DNA of 64,000 nt from Polyangiales bacterium (GTDB lineage: Bacteria; Myxococcota_A; Polyangia; Polyangiales; Ga0077539): positions 128,001 through 192,000 of the forward strand of contig JBGARZ010000011.1 in NCBI GenBank assembly GCA_044229975.1, written 5' to 3'. Position numbers and translations under genes: made by a program. Within the stretch, counting starts at the first letter, position 1. The number at the start of each line of letters is the position of its first letter. This document shows, piece after piece, positions 19,416 to 30,913 of this stretch. Under the pieces are notes generated by a model, which saw only the letters and a list, made by a program, of their open reading frames with translations, had not been told where the DNA came from and did not search any database.

Positions 19416-19536
19416 CGGCCTTGCCTCGCTGGCCTTTCGTGTTCCACCACCTCGCGAGGTCCATCTCGCCGAAGCGGGCGACGGCGAGTCGAAGCTTCGG
19501 CACACGATCGAGGTCGATGGTCGGTGACGGCTTCAC
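19408..19536 (-). pseudogene. brxE: N-terminal remnant (42 aa) of a BrxE family protein
   Basis: TIDLDRVPKLRLAVARFGEMDLARWWNTKGQ matches the BrxE N-terminal motif as recalled (KLR..VAR.GEMD.A.WWNT.GQ), then stops. Confidence 0.6.
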
Positions 19537-19609
19537 GGCGCGCCAGCGTACGCGAGGCATCGATTTTGTCGCAATGAAGAGCACTCGTGCCCCTGCGGTA
19601 GACCGACGG

Positions 19610-21991
<2,382 letters not shown>

Positions 21992-22109
21992 CGGGTCTCC
22001 ATTGGGGGGAATGCGGGGTCGCGCGCGTTGTCCCATGGCGCACCAGAGGCGGTCGAAAATCGGTCCATCGTCCTATCTCGCCAACGCCTACTTCCCTCAA
22101 GGAGTCTCT

Positions 22110-22535
22110 CTACCGCGGTGCGATGGGCGCCTTCGACCAGCGCCCCCACGCGACGAACAACGACAGCCCGACCATCAGCACATTGAAGGGCGTGTTGGCC
22201 GTCTCGCCCCGCGAGACGTGGAAGACGATGGCCGAGACCTGGAGCGCGGCGCACCCGATCGCAGCGAGCACCGTCACCCGCGGCAGGATGCACGTCGCCG
22301 ACGGCAGCACCACGCCGAGTCCACCGAGCAGGTCGACGACCGTGGTCATCAGCAGAAAGCCCGGCGAGACCTGCCCCGCCCACGGGATCTTCGCGGCGAG
22401 CTCAGGCACCGGCGTGAAGAACTTCCACAGCGCGGTGCCAACGAAGACGAGCCCGAGGAGCCCCTGCACCACCCACAGACCGATGTGCAGCGCCCTCGAC
22501 GGCTTCGCGTCGGCGCCCGTTGCATCCGTGCTCAT
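22110..22535 (-). CDS. DoxX family membrane protein
   Basis: LWVVQGLL...F..T..WK, DLLGGLGVVLP, AIVFHVSRGE. Confidence 0.85.
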   Translation of the reverse strand: MSTDATGADAKPSRALHIGLWVVQGLLGLVFVGTALWKFFTPVPELAAKIPWAGQVSPGFLLMTTVVDLLGGLGVVLPSATCILPRVTVLAAIGCAALQVSAIVFHVSRGETANTPFNVLMVGLSLFVAWGRWSKAPIAPR

Positions 22536-23119
22536 GGGCGCCTCGTAACCGCTCTCGTCTGCTTGGCCGCGCTCCGAACGACGCCCACCAGCGCCTCGAC
22601 GTAGGCCGCCCGGTCGTCCGCGGTGCCGAGCCCGATGCCCAGCGCGTCGAGCTCGCCGACCCCGAGCGTCGCCGCGTGCACCAGCCTCGCCGCGGCCTTC
22701 GAGCGCCGCGCGTCGAGCCCCATCTCCTTGAAGCCCGCCAGCAGAAACGCCTGCCGCCGCGCCGCCTCGGCCTTCACCCTCGCCCCGAGCGCGGGGTGCG
22801 CCGCGAGCGTGCCCATCGCGCGCAGCGCCCTCACCCCTTCGGGCGACCCGTGCACCGCCACCACCAGCGCCTCGACGCGCGCCGCGGGGGACGCGACACC
22901 CTTCACCCCGGCGAGGAGCTCGTCGGTGCGCGCCACCCAGCGGTCGACCAGCGCGCCGAGCAGCGCGTCGCGGTCGCGGAAGTGCCAGTAGAAGCTGCCC
23001 TTGGTGACGCCCAGCGAGCGCGCCAGCGGCTCCACGGCCACCGCCGCGAGGCCGCCTGCGAGGATGGCCGCGAGGGCGCCGTCGACCCACGCGTTTGCGT
23101 CCAACACCTTCGTCGCCAT
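22532..23119 (-). CDS. TetR/AcrR family regulator
   Basis: WV..AL......G..AVAVEPLAR.LGVTKGSFYWHF.DRDALL; ATGA-coupled to doxX. Confidence 0.9.
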   Translation of the reverse strand: MATKVLDANAWVDGALAAILAGGLAAVAVEPLARSLGVTKGSFYWHFRDRDALLGALVDRWVARTDELLAGVKGVASPAARVEALVVAVHGSPEGVRALRAMGTLAAHPALGARVKAEAARRQAFLLAGFKEMGLDARRSKAAARLVHAATLGVGELDALGIGLGTADDRAAYVEALVGVVRSAAKQTRAVTRRP

Positions 23120-23138
23120 GGTTTGCGACCATACACCA

Positions 23139-23150
23139 TACGGACCCGTA
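23139..23150. promoter_or_regulatory. Palindromic TetR operator candidate TACGG-AC-CCGTA
   Basis: Perfect inverted repeat 20 bp upstream of the tetR start, within a CCATAC-repeated context. Confidence 0.5.
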
Positions 23151-23269
23151 CTGACTGCAACCGCCGCCGCGTCGCGAGGGCGACGCAGAAGCCGGGGATG
23201 CTCGGGTCGTCGAGGTCCCCTCACGCGCTCAGCGGGCGTCCACGAGACGCGACGGGTTACCCTCGACGG

Positions 23270-23551
23270 ATGTGTCGCAACATCCGCCTGCTCTTCAACT
23301 TCGAACCACCCGCCACGGACGACGAGGTTCGCGCGGCGGCCCTCCAATACGTCCGCAAGGTGAGCGGCTCGACGCGCCCCTCCGAGGCGAACCGCGCGGC
23401 CTTCGATCGGGCGACCGCCGAGGTCGCGCGCATCACGAGTGAGCTGCTGCGCGAGCTGGTCACCACGTCGTCGCCGCGCGATCGGGCGAAGGAGGCCGCG
23501 CGCGCCATGGAGCGGTCCCGCAAGCGCTTCACCGTCGTACCGTCGCGGTGA
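23270..23551 (+). CDS. DUF2277 family protein
   Basis: MCRNI..LFNFEPPAT.DEV.AAALQYVRKVSG. Confidence 0.9.
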   Translation: MCRNIRLLFNFEPPATDDEVRAAALQYVRKVSGSTRPSEANRAAFDRATAEVARITSELLRELVTTSSPRDRAKEAARAMERSRKRFTVVPSR

Positions 23552-23638
23552 GCCGCCGACGGCTCGTCCTCTTCCGGAAATCCGTGCGCCATTTCGCCGC
23601 ATTGCGGTGCACACGGCTTGTCCACATCCTCGCCCCCC

Positions 23639-25945
23639 ATGGTGAACCCCCGCACGGCGCTCCTCGAAGACCCGCAGCTCCGCCCCTTCCTCCCGCTGCT
23701 GTGGGTCGCCTGGTCGGACGGTGACCTCGAAGACGCCGAGCTCGACGCCCTCCGCGCGCGCATCGAGGCGACGCCGTGGCTCCGGCCCGCCGCCCGCCTC
23801 GCGCTCGCTGCCTGGCTCGACCCCGCGCGGCCGCCCTCCGCCGCCGAGCTGCGCTCCCTGCTCGCGACCCTCGAGTCCGTCGCCGGAACCCTCAGCCCCG
23901 AGCACCGCCGCGACCTCGTCGCCCTCGGCGCGTCGATGGCCCCCGATGGCATCGACCCAACCGCCCTCACCGCTTCGCTCGTCGAGCTCGAAGAGCGTCT
24001 CGGCGGCTCTGCGGGAGCACCGTTCCTCGTCGCCAACAAGGGCGAGCGCAAGGTCGCCGCCGCCACCTTCGACGTGTCGTCTCTCGCCGCCGTGCTCGAC
24101 GGCGCCTACGCCGCGCCGCGCGCCGAGGCCCGGGCGTTTCTGTCCGACCCGTCGCGCCGCGCCTACGGCCTGCCCCTCGCGGAGTACCGCGCGAAGGTCT
24201 CCGGCTGGCTCGCGGAGGCCGCCGCTCTCCACCTTGGTGAGGGCGCGTACCCCGGCATCACCACGAAGGAGCACGACCTCGCGGCCTTCGTCTCCACCTT
24301 CGAGACCCTCGCGTTGGGCGACCTGTCGCTGGTGATCCGCTTCGGGGTGCAGTTCGGGCTCTTCGGCGGGAGCATCTACTCGCTCGGCACCGAGGCGCAG
24401 CGCCGCGAGTACCTGCCGCGCGTGGCGAGCCTCGCGCTACCGGGGTGCTTCGCCATGAGCGAGGTGGGCCACGGCTCCGACGTGGCGTCTCTCGAAACCG
24501 TCGCCACCTGGGACCGCGCGACCCGCACCTTCGTCGTGCACACGCCCCGCGAGGCCGCGCGCAAGGACTGGATCGGCGGCGCCGCCCACAACGCCCGCAT
24601 GGCGACGGTCTTCGCGCAGCTCGAAGCCGACGGCGAGCGGCACGGCGTGCACGCCTTCCTCGTCCCCATCCGCACCGACGCGGGCGAGCTGATGCCGGGC
24701 GTCCGCGCGGGCGACTCGGGCCACAAGATGGGCCTCAACGGCGTCGACAACGGGCGGCTGTGGTTCGACCAGGTGCGGGTGCCCGAAGCATCGCTGCTCG
24801 CCCGCTTCGCGCACATGGACGCGGCGGGCGCGTACGCGAGCCCCATCGCCAACCCCAACAAGCGCTTCTTCACCATGCTCGGGACGCTCGTCGGCGGCCG
24901 CATCTCCGTCGCCGCGGGGGCCGTCTCCGTCGCCAAGGTAGCGCTCACCATCGCCATCCGGTACGCGACGGCGCGACGACAGTTCGGCGCCACGGATGGA
25001 AGGGAGGTTCCGCTGCTGGCGTATCCCACGCACGCGCGACGACTGCTCCCGCGGCTCGCGACCACGTACGTGCTGCACTTCGCACTCGACGCCCTCAAGG
25101 CGCGCTTCGGCGAGCTTCAACGTGGAGGCGACAACCCCGACACGCGCGAGATCGAGGCCGAGGCGGCCGCCCTCAAGGCGCTCGCGAGCTGGCACGCGGT
25201 CGACACGGCGCGCGGCTGCCGCGAGGCGTGCGGCGGTCAGGGGTACCTCTCGGTCAACCGGCTGCCCGACCTCTGCGCCGACGTCGAGATCTTCACCACC
25301 TTCGAGGGCGACAACACGGTGCTGCTCCAGCTCGTGGCCAAGAGCCTTCTGTCGGGCTTCCAGCGCCGCTTCGAGGGCGGTGGGCTCGGCAGCGTCGCGC
25401 GTCACCTGTTCGGCATCGCGCGCACGGCCGTCACCGAGATGAACCCCGTGGCTGTCCGTCGCACCGACAACGAGCACCTGCGCGACCGCGGGTTTCACCT
25501 GGCCGCGCTTCGCTACCGCGAGGAGAAGCTGCTGGTCACGGCGGCAGCGCGTCTGCGTAAGCGCCTCGGCGCCAAGATGGACCCGCACGAGGCCATGCTC
25601 GACGTGCAGGAGCACCTCGTGGCGCTCGCGCGCGCCCACGCCGATCGGGTAGCGCTCGCGTGGTTCGACGAGGCGGTGTCGGCGCTACCGGAGGGACCGG
25701 TGCGCGATCGGCTCGACCGGCTGGGCGCGTTGCATGCGCTCACGGTGCTGCGCGCGGAGGGGGCGTTCTTCCTGGTCGAGGGGTACTTCGACGGGGTGAA
25801 GGAGCGGGCGATTCGCGAGGAGGGCGAAGCGCTGTTGCGCGAGTTGCAGCCCGACGCGGTGGGGCTGGTGGAGGCGTTCGGGATTCCCCCGGCGTGCCTC
25901 GCGGCGCCCATCGCCTTCATGGACCCGGCGCACCCGCGCTGGTGA
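23639..25945 (+). CDS. Acyl-CoA oxidase/dehydrogenase with N-terminal TerB-like extension
   Basis: GVQFGLFGG, GCFAMSEVGHGSDV, KMGLNGVDNG, CREACGG.GY, FTTFEGDNTVL. Confidence 0.88.
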   Translation: MVNPRTALLEDPQLRPFLPLLWVAWSDGDLEDAELDALRARIEATPWLRPAARLALAAWLDPARPPSAAELRSLLATLESVAGTLSPEHRRDLVALGASMAPDGIDPTALTASLVELEERLGGSAGAPFLVANKGERKVAAATFDVSSLAAVLDGAYAAPRAEARAFLSDPSRRAYGLPLAEYRAKVSGWLAEAAALHLGEGAYPGITTKEHDLAAFVSTFETLALGDLSLVIRFGVQFGLFGGSIYSLGTEAQRREYLPRVASLALPGCFAMSEVGHGSDVASLETVATWDRATRTFVVHTPREAARKDWIGGAAHNARMATVFAQLEADGERHGVHAFLVPIRTDAGELMPGVRAGDSGHKMGLNGVDNGRLWFDQVRVPEASLLARFAHMDAAGAYASPIANPNKRFFTMLGTLVGGRISVAAGAVSVAKVALTIAIRYATARRQFGATDGREVPLLAYPTHARRLLPRLATTYVLHFALDALKARFGELQRGGDNPDTREIEAEAAALKALASWHAVDTARGCREACGGQGYLSVNRLPDLCADVEIFTTFEGDNTVLLQLVAKSLLSGFQRRFEGGGLGSVARHLFGIARTAVTEMNPVAVRRTDNEHLRDRGFHLAALRYREEKLLVTAAARLRKRLGAKMDPHEAMLDVQEHLVALARAHADRVALAWFDEAVSALPEGPVRDRLDRLGALHALTVLRAEGAFFLVEGYFDGVKERAIREEGEALLRELQPDAVGLVEAFGIPPACLAAPIAFMDPAHPRW

Positions 25946-26013
25946 CGAGCCCGGTCAGCGCTGTCGTCCGCGCAGTGGATGGCGGACGCCTCGGACGCGC
26001 CATCGCTGGTCGT

Positions 26014-26460
26014 TCAGCCGATGACCTGCTGCCAGTCGCCGTGTTCGCGTGACCACTCGTAGACGATGCGCGCCTTGACCCGCACACAGAACAGTCGGCG
26101 CACTCCCCTCGCGGCGAACTTCTCGATCTTGCGGGTGACGTGGCTCAAGAGCTCGGTGTCGAGCACCTCGAAGGCGATCTCCTCCAGCTTGCGCCCGCCG
26201 GTCACCGGGTCGGCGCCGGATGGGTACACCGAGATGTCGGGCGCCGCGTCGCTGTTTTCGTCGGCCCGCGTGAGCATGTCGACGGCGCCCAGGTAACCGT
26301 CCGCCAGGCAGCCCGCGAACACCATCGTGGCCTCGAAGTGTCGCGTGCCATGGGGCTCGTTGGCGCCCATGGTCAAGAACACCGTCCCGTCGAGCACCTC
26401 CGCGCGCGACTCCGGCGCAACGATGCGCTCATCGACCGCGTAGGGGTATTTCGGGTCCAT
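26014..26460 (-). CDS. Uma2-like protein, probably C-terminally truncated
   Basis: RAEVLDG, VDMLTR....D.APD.SV, LEE.AFEV, K...ARGVRR.F; ends early at 148 aa. Confidence 0.6.
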   Translation of the reverse strand: MDPKYPYAVDERIVAPESRAEVLDGTVFLTMGANEPHGTRHFEATMVFAGCLADGYLGAVDMLTRADENSDAAPDISVYPSGADPVTGGRKLEEIAFEVLDTELLSHVTRKIEKFAARGVRRLFCVRVKARIVYEWSREHGDWQQVIG

Positions 26461-26516
26461 CAACGTGGACGATACGCCGGACGAGCGCGAGCGCGGCGGT
26501 CTTCGGTCGAGGCCCG

Positions 26517-27740
26517 TCAGCGGATGTCGAAGTGGCACTCGTAGGCGCCGCCCGCGCGGAACGCCCCCGACAAGATGGTGTACCGCCCGCCGCTCGGACA
26601 CGTGAACCCGACGTTGGAGCACAGGTGCGTGTCGGGGCCGCCGTCGCCGCCCGGGCACGAGTCGTCGTTGGCCGCGATCTGATCGGCGCGCATGCACGGA
26701 CGGTCGCCCGCGCAGATGCGCAGCATCGGGTCGCCCGCGCACAGGCCGATGGGCGGCGAGCAGCCGGCGTTGCAGCCGATCTGCACCCGAGCGCCCGGGG
26801 TGCACGTGCGCACGGCTCCCTCGACGGTCCACCCGCAGTCGCGGTCGAGGCCCTCGTCGGGGCCGCCGCACCCGAGCGTCGGGTCGTTGAGCAATCCCCC
26901 GTCGGGTGCCAGCGGACGCGCCGGGATCACCACCGTCATGAAGGTCTCGTTGTCGTCGTAGCGGCTCTCACTCACCACGCGCTCGACGTTGACCTGCGCG
27001 CGCAGCCGGTACGTCCCGGCCGGCACGCCGGTGATGTCCACGTACTGGCAATCGAGCGCCCGCCCGTAGAGGTCGTACCAGCCCGCGTGGATGCCCTGGT
27101 TGCTGCAGTTGTACCGCTCCGCCGCGGGGATGTCGGTGCTCATGCCCATGTAGCGCGCCGTGTCGAGCAGGCAGAACGACTGCTTGTGCCCGCGGCCCAC
27201 CTCCGCCCCCGCCATGTCGAAGAGCCGGTAGTCGGCGTAGCCGCGCAGGTGCCAGTGGTTGTGGCAGGTGCCGAACTCGAACATCGCCGACGGTCGACCA
27301 CCCGTGGTCGGCGCGCCGAGGTAGAGGTCGGCCTCGCCGACGTTGGGCGTGAGCAGGTCGAAGCGCAGCAGGCGACGGCTGCCCGCGACGGTGCAGCCCT
27401 CCATCACCTCGCACGCCGAGGCGCTGAAGGTGCGCTCTTGAATCTGCGTGTTCTGGATCACCGGCGTGAGGTTGGGCAGCGGCCCGGCGTCCGTCGGCGC
27501 CACGACCGGTGCGTCCGTCGCCGCCACGTCGGCGCCCGCCGCGACATCCACCGCGAGCGGCGTGTCGATGCTCACCGCGGGAACGTCACTGCGCTTCGTC
27601 GTGCCGGTGTCCGTCGGCGTCCCGGTGTCGGAGGTACCTGCGTCCGTCGAGGGAGTGGACGGCGTCGAGCCGTTGGCCGTGCAACCCACCGCGGCGATCG
27701 CGAGAAGGCCCACGAGACCGTACGCAGCCTGTGTCGACAT
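26517..27740 (-). CDS. Lysyl oxidase family lipoprotein with Cys-rich C-terminal domain
   Basis: Lipobox AVGC; LLRF....PN.G.AD; Cu motif CHNHWH; GHKQSFCL.DT; QGI..GW.D.Y...LDCQY.DIT.VP.G.Y.L...VN.....ES.Y..N. Confidence 0.9.
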   Translation of the reverse strand: MSTQAAYGLVGLLAIAAVGCTANGSTPSTPSTDAGTSDTGTPTDTGTTKRSDVPAVSIDTPLAVDVAAGADVAATDAPVVAPTDAGPLPNLTPVIQNTQIQERTFSASACEVMEGCTVAGSRRLLRFDLLTPNVGEADLYLGAPTTGGRPSAMFEFGTCHNHWHLRGYADYRLFDMAGAEVGRGHKQSFCLLDTARYMGMSTDIPAAERYNCSNQGIHAGWYDLYGRALDCQYVDITGVPAGTYRLRAQVNVERVVSESRYDDNETFMTVVIPARPLAPDGGLLNDPTLGCGGPDEGLDRDCGWTVEGAVRTCTPGARVQIGCNAGCSPPIGLCAGDPMLRICAGDRPCMRADQIAANDDSCPGGDGGPDTHLCSNVGFTCPSGGRYTILSGAFRAGGAYECHFDIR

Positions 27741-27941
27741 GGTCCGTGACTCCGTGTGCGAGGTGGGTCCCCGAGCGCGACCAGCGCCCGGCGCAACCAC
27801 GAAGGTATCGACCGCTGCAACCGCGTCGCCAGCGAAATCGCGACTTGACCGACGAGGGCGATCGGCCTCCCATTGCTCGGGTCCGCGCTCGTGCTTCTGC
27901 CTTCCTTGAGATCGCCTTCACCAAACGGGGCCTACGTCATC

Positions 27942-30899
27942 ATGAGACCTTCCATCAGCGCGCTGCTGTGCGCACTCACGCTCGCCGCCTGCGCGCCCAA
28001 CGCTCCCGTCTTCCCCGGCGACGCGGCCCCTGTCCTCGACGTCCCTGCCCTCGACGTCCCTGCCCTCGACGTCCCTGCCCTCGATGTTCCCGGCACCGAC
28101 GCACTGACCGCCGACAGGCCCGATGCGCTGCCCGCCGTCGACGTCGCCCCGGTCGCAGACGCGGACGTGGTGCCCGTCGTCGACGCGCCGCCGGTCCGGT
28201 GCACGGACAACGCCGACTGTCGCGGTCAGGTGTGCGAGCGCCTGTCGGGGCGCTGCATCGAGTGCCTCGGCCAGGGCGACTGCACCATGGGGCGCGTGTG
28301 CAGCCTCAACCGCTGCGTCGCACCCGTGATGTGCACCTCGTCGCGGATGTGCCCCGGCCAGGTCTGCGACCTCCTGCGTGGCCTCTGCGCCGACTGCAAC
28401 GCGGACGTCGACTGTAGTGGCGGCCAGATCTGCCGTAGCAACGTCTGCGTCCTGCCGCCGCGCGCCTGCCGATCGTCGCGGGAGTGCAGCGACATCGGGC
28501 TCGTGTGCAGCACCGCGCTCGGCCAGTGCGTCGAGTGCGCGGGCGACAACGACTGCGCCATGGGGCAGTTCTGCGGGACGGACACGGCGTGCCACGCGCA
28601 GGTGTGCGTCCCCAACGCGACCACCTGCATCAACGCGCGGCAGTCCAGGGTCTGCGACGCGCGCGGCTCGGCCCTCAACGACGTGGCGTGCCCGTCGGGC
28701 CAGTACTGCCGCGAGAGCCGCTGCCAGGCGCCCAACTGCGCGCCCGGTTCGGCGAGCTGCTCCGCGTCGGGCGTCCGGCAGGTGTGCAGCGACGACGGGG
28801 CTGCCCCCATCCCGATGCCCTGCGGCGCCGACGAGAGCTGCCTCGGCGGCGTGTGCATGACGCGGGTGTGTGTTCCGGGCGCGCCCTCGTGCACGACCGC
28901 CACCACGAGCCGCCGCGTGTGCCGCGCCGACGGCCTCGGCTACGACACCCTCCCCTGCGCCTCTCGCGAGAGCTGCCAGGGCGGCGCGTGCACCGCGTGG
29001 TCGTGCACGCCGGGTGAGAGCGTCTGCGCGAGCTCGACCGCGCGGTCGGTGTGCAACGGCGATGGGCTCGGGCAGACGACGATCGCCTGCACCTCCACGC
29101 AGCGATGCAACGGCGGCGTGTGCCAGGAGCAGATCTGCGCGCCGGGGACGGCGTCGTGCGTCGACGGCCGCACCGTGCGCGCGTGCAGCGACGACGGCCT
29201 GCGGTATGGGACCAGCACCTGCCCCTCGATGTCGACCTGCGCGAGCGGCGCGTGCTCGTCGTGGGTGTGCACGCCGGGCACCGCGACCTGCGCGGGGAGC
29301 ACCGCGCGCAACGTCTGCAACGCCGACGGGCTCGGCCAGACCAGCGCGCCGTGTCCGCTGGCGCCCAACGCCTCGGCGACGACGTGCACGGGCGGGGCGT
29401 GCGGGTTCGTGTGTCAGGCGACCTTCGGCGACTGCAACGCCAACGCGTCGGACGGCTGCGAGACGGCGCTCAACAACGCCTCGCGGCACTGCGGGGCGTG
29501 CGGCAACGCGTGCGCCTCGGCGCAGGTGTGCCGGAGCGGCGCGTGCGTGCTCGACTGCCCGAGCGGGCGCACCGCGTGCGGGACGGTGTGCGTCGACCTC
29601 CAGGGCGACGCGGCCAACTGCGGCGCGTGCGGCGTGGCGTGCGCGACGGGCCAGGTGTGCGCGGGGGGGAGCTGCCGGGTGGGCTGCTCGGACGGTCGCC
29701 CGGTGTGCGGGAGCGCGTGCTGCGCGACGGGGCTGTCGTGCGCGGCGGGGGTGTGCGCGCCCTTTCCGTCGACGGGCGCGGACGGGGCCTTCGCGCCGAC
29801 GTCGAGCCAGTCGCTGCCCGCGCGTATCTACAACTTCACGACCATCACCATCCCCGCAGGCGTGATCATCACGACGAGCGGCAACGCCACGCTCGACCTC
29901 CGCGCGACGGGCGACGTCCTCGTCGCGGGCACCGTCGACGTGAGCGGATCGCGCGGCGGCAACGGGACGACCTACACCGGCTGCGACGCGGGCACCCGGG
30001 GCGGCGGCGGCGCGACGGGCACACCGAGCTCACCGGGCCGCGACGGGCAGACCACCTGCGCGAGCGCGGCGACGGGCGGCTCCGGCGCGGCGGGCGGGTC
30101 GTCGAGCACGTCGCGGTACTGCATCAACGTGGGCGGCTCCTTCGGCGGCGGCTCGGGTGGCGGCATCTGCGAGGGCGGCGGTGGTGGCGGCGGCTACGCG
30201 GGCGGCGGCGGCGGCGGTGGCTACACGGCCTACTCCGGAGGCAGAGGCGCCTCGTCGGGCGGCTCGATGGGCGGCGCGGCGGGGGCCGGTGCCACCAGCG
30301 GCGGAGGCTTGGGCGGCGGCGGCGGCAACGCGGCGGGCGGGTACTCGGGCGGCGTCGGCAGCCGGTCGTCGACCTGCGACACCTACGCGGGTGGCGGCGG
30401 CGGCGGCGGCTCCATCGGCAACGTGGCGGCGGGTGACCTGGCGATGGCGACGACGTTCTATCCGGGCTCGGGGGGTGGTGGAGGCGGGGCTTCGTGTACG
30501 TGCAACCGACCCGGCGGCGGCGGTGGTGGTGGAGGCGGCGGCGCGCTTCGCATCGCGACGGTCGCGACGCTCACGGTATCCGGGAGCCTCCTGGCCAACG
30601 GCGGCGTGGGCGGCAACTCGGCCCAGGGGTCGGGCGGCGGCGGCGGCGGGTCGGGCGGCGCGATCTTCCTCTCGGCTCCCACGCTCACCGTCTCCGGAAC
30701 GCTGTCCGCGGTGGGCGGCGCGGGCGGCACCACGGGCACCTGCACCAACTTCGGCGGCGCGGGCGGCACCGGGCGCATCCGCGTCAGCGCGGCGACGGCG
30801 ACGTGCATGCTGGGCGGGACGTTCAACCCGCCGCTGGTGAGCGGCTGCGCGGCCGCGAGCACCAGCGGCCGCACCTACGTCGCGGCGTATCCCGACTGA
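27942..30899 (+). CDS. Large Cys-rich repeat lipoprotein with Gly-rich C-terminal domain (985 aa)
   Basis: Lipobox LAAC; C.PG...C.....R..C..DG.G repeats, NCGACG repeats, YNFT.ITI and GGGGG.GGAI Gly-rich head. Confidence 0.85.
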   Translation: MRPSISALLCALTLAACAPNAPVFPGDAAPVLDVPALDVPALDVPALDVPGTDALTADRPDALPAVDVAPVADADVVPVVDAPPVRCTDNADCRGQVCERLSGRCIECLGQGDCTMGRVCSLNRCVAPVMCTSSRMCPGQVCDLLRGLCADCNADVDCSGGQICRSNVCVLPPRACRSSRECSDIGLVCSTALGQCVECAGDNDCAMGQFCGTDTACHAQVCVPNATTCINARQSRVCDARGSALNDVACPSGQYCRESRCQAPNCAPGSASCSASGVRQVCSDDGAAPIPMPCGADESCLGGVCMTRVCVPGAPSCTTATTSRRVCRADGLGYDTLPCASRESCQGGACTAWSCTPGESVCASSTARSVCNGDGLGQTTIACTSTQRCNGGVCQEQICAPGTASCVDGRTVRACSDDGLRYGTSTCPSMSTCASGACSSWVCTPGTATCAGSTARNVCNADGLGQTSAPCPLAPNASATTCTGGACGFVCQATFGDCNANASDGCETALNNASRHCGACGNACASAQVCRSGACVLDCPSGRTACGTVCVDLQGDAANCGACGVACATGQVCAGGSCRVGCSDGRPVCGSACCATGLSCAAGVCAPFPSTGADGAFAPTSSQSLPARIYNFTTITIPAGVIITTSGNATLDLRATGDVLVAGTVDVSGSRGGNGTTYTGCDAGTRGGGGATGTPSSPGRDGQTTCASAATGGSGAAGGSSSTSRYCINVGGSFGGGSGGGICEGGGGGGGYAGGGGGGGYTAYSGGRGASSGGSMGGAAGAGATSGGGLGGGGGNAAGGYSGGVGSRSSTCDTYAGGGGGGGSIGNVAAGDLAMATTFYPGSGGGGGGASCTCNRPGGGGGGGGGGALRIATVATLTVSGSLLANGGVGGNSAQGSGGGGGGSGGAIFLSAPTLTVSGTLSAVGGAGGTTGTCTNFGGAGGTGRIRVSAATATCMLGGTFNPPLVSGCAAASTSGRTYVAAYPD
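28035..28092 (+). repeat. 15-bp coding tandem repeat (LDVPA, about 4 copies)
   Basis: ctcgacgtccctgcc x3 plus a variant. Confidence 0.85.
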
Positions 30900-30913
30900 G
30901 CGGTGTCCCGCTC

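Noticed and set aside
17401..19543. 14/16 inverted repeat (17401-17416 vs 19528-19543) around ATPase2-HNH2-brxE
   Set aside because: Short and GC-rich, overlaps the brxE start, no target duplication; plausible by chance.
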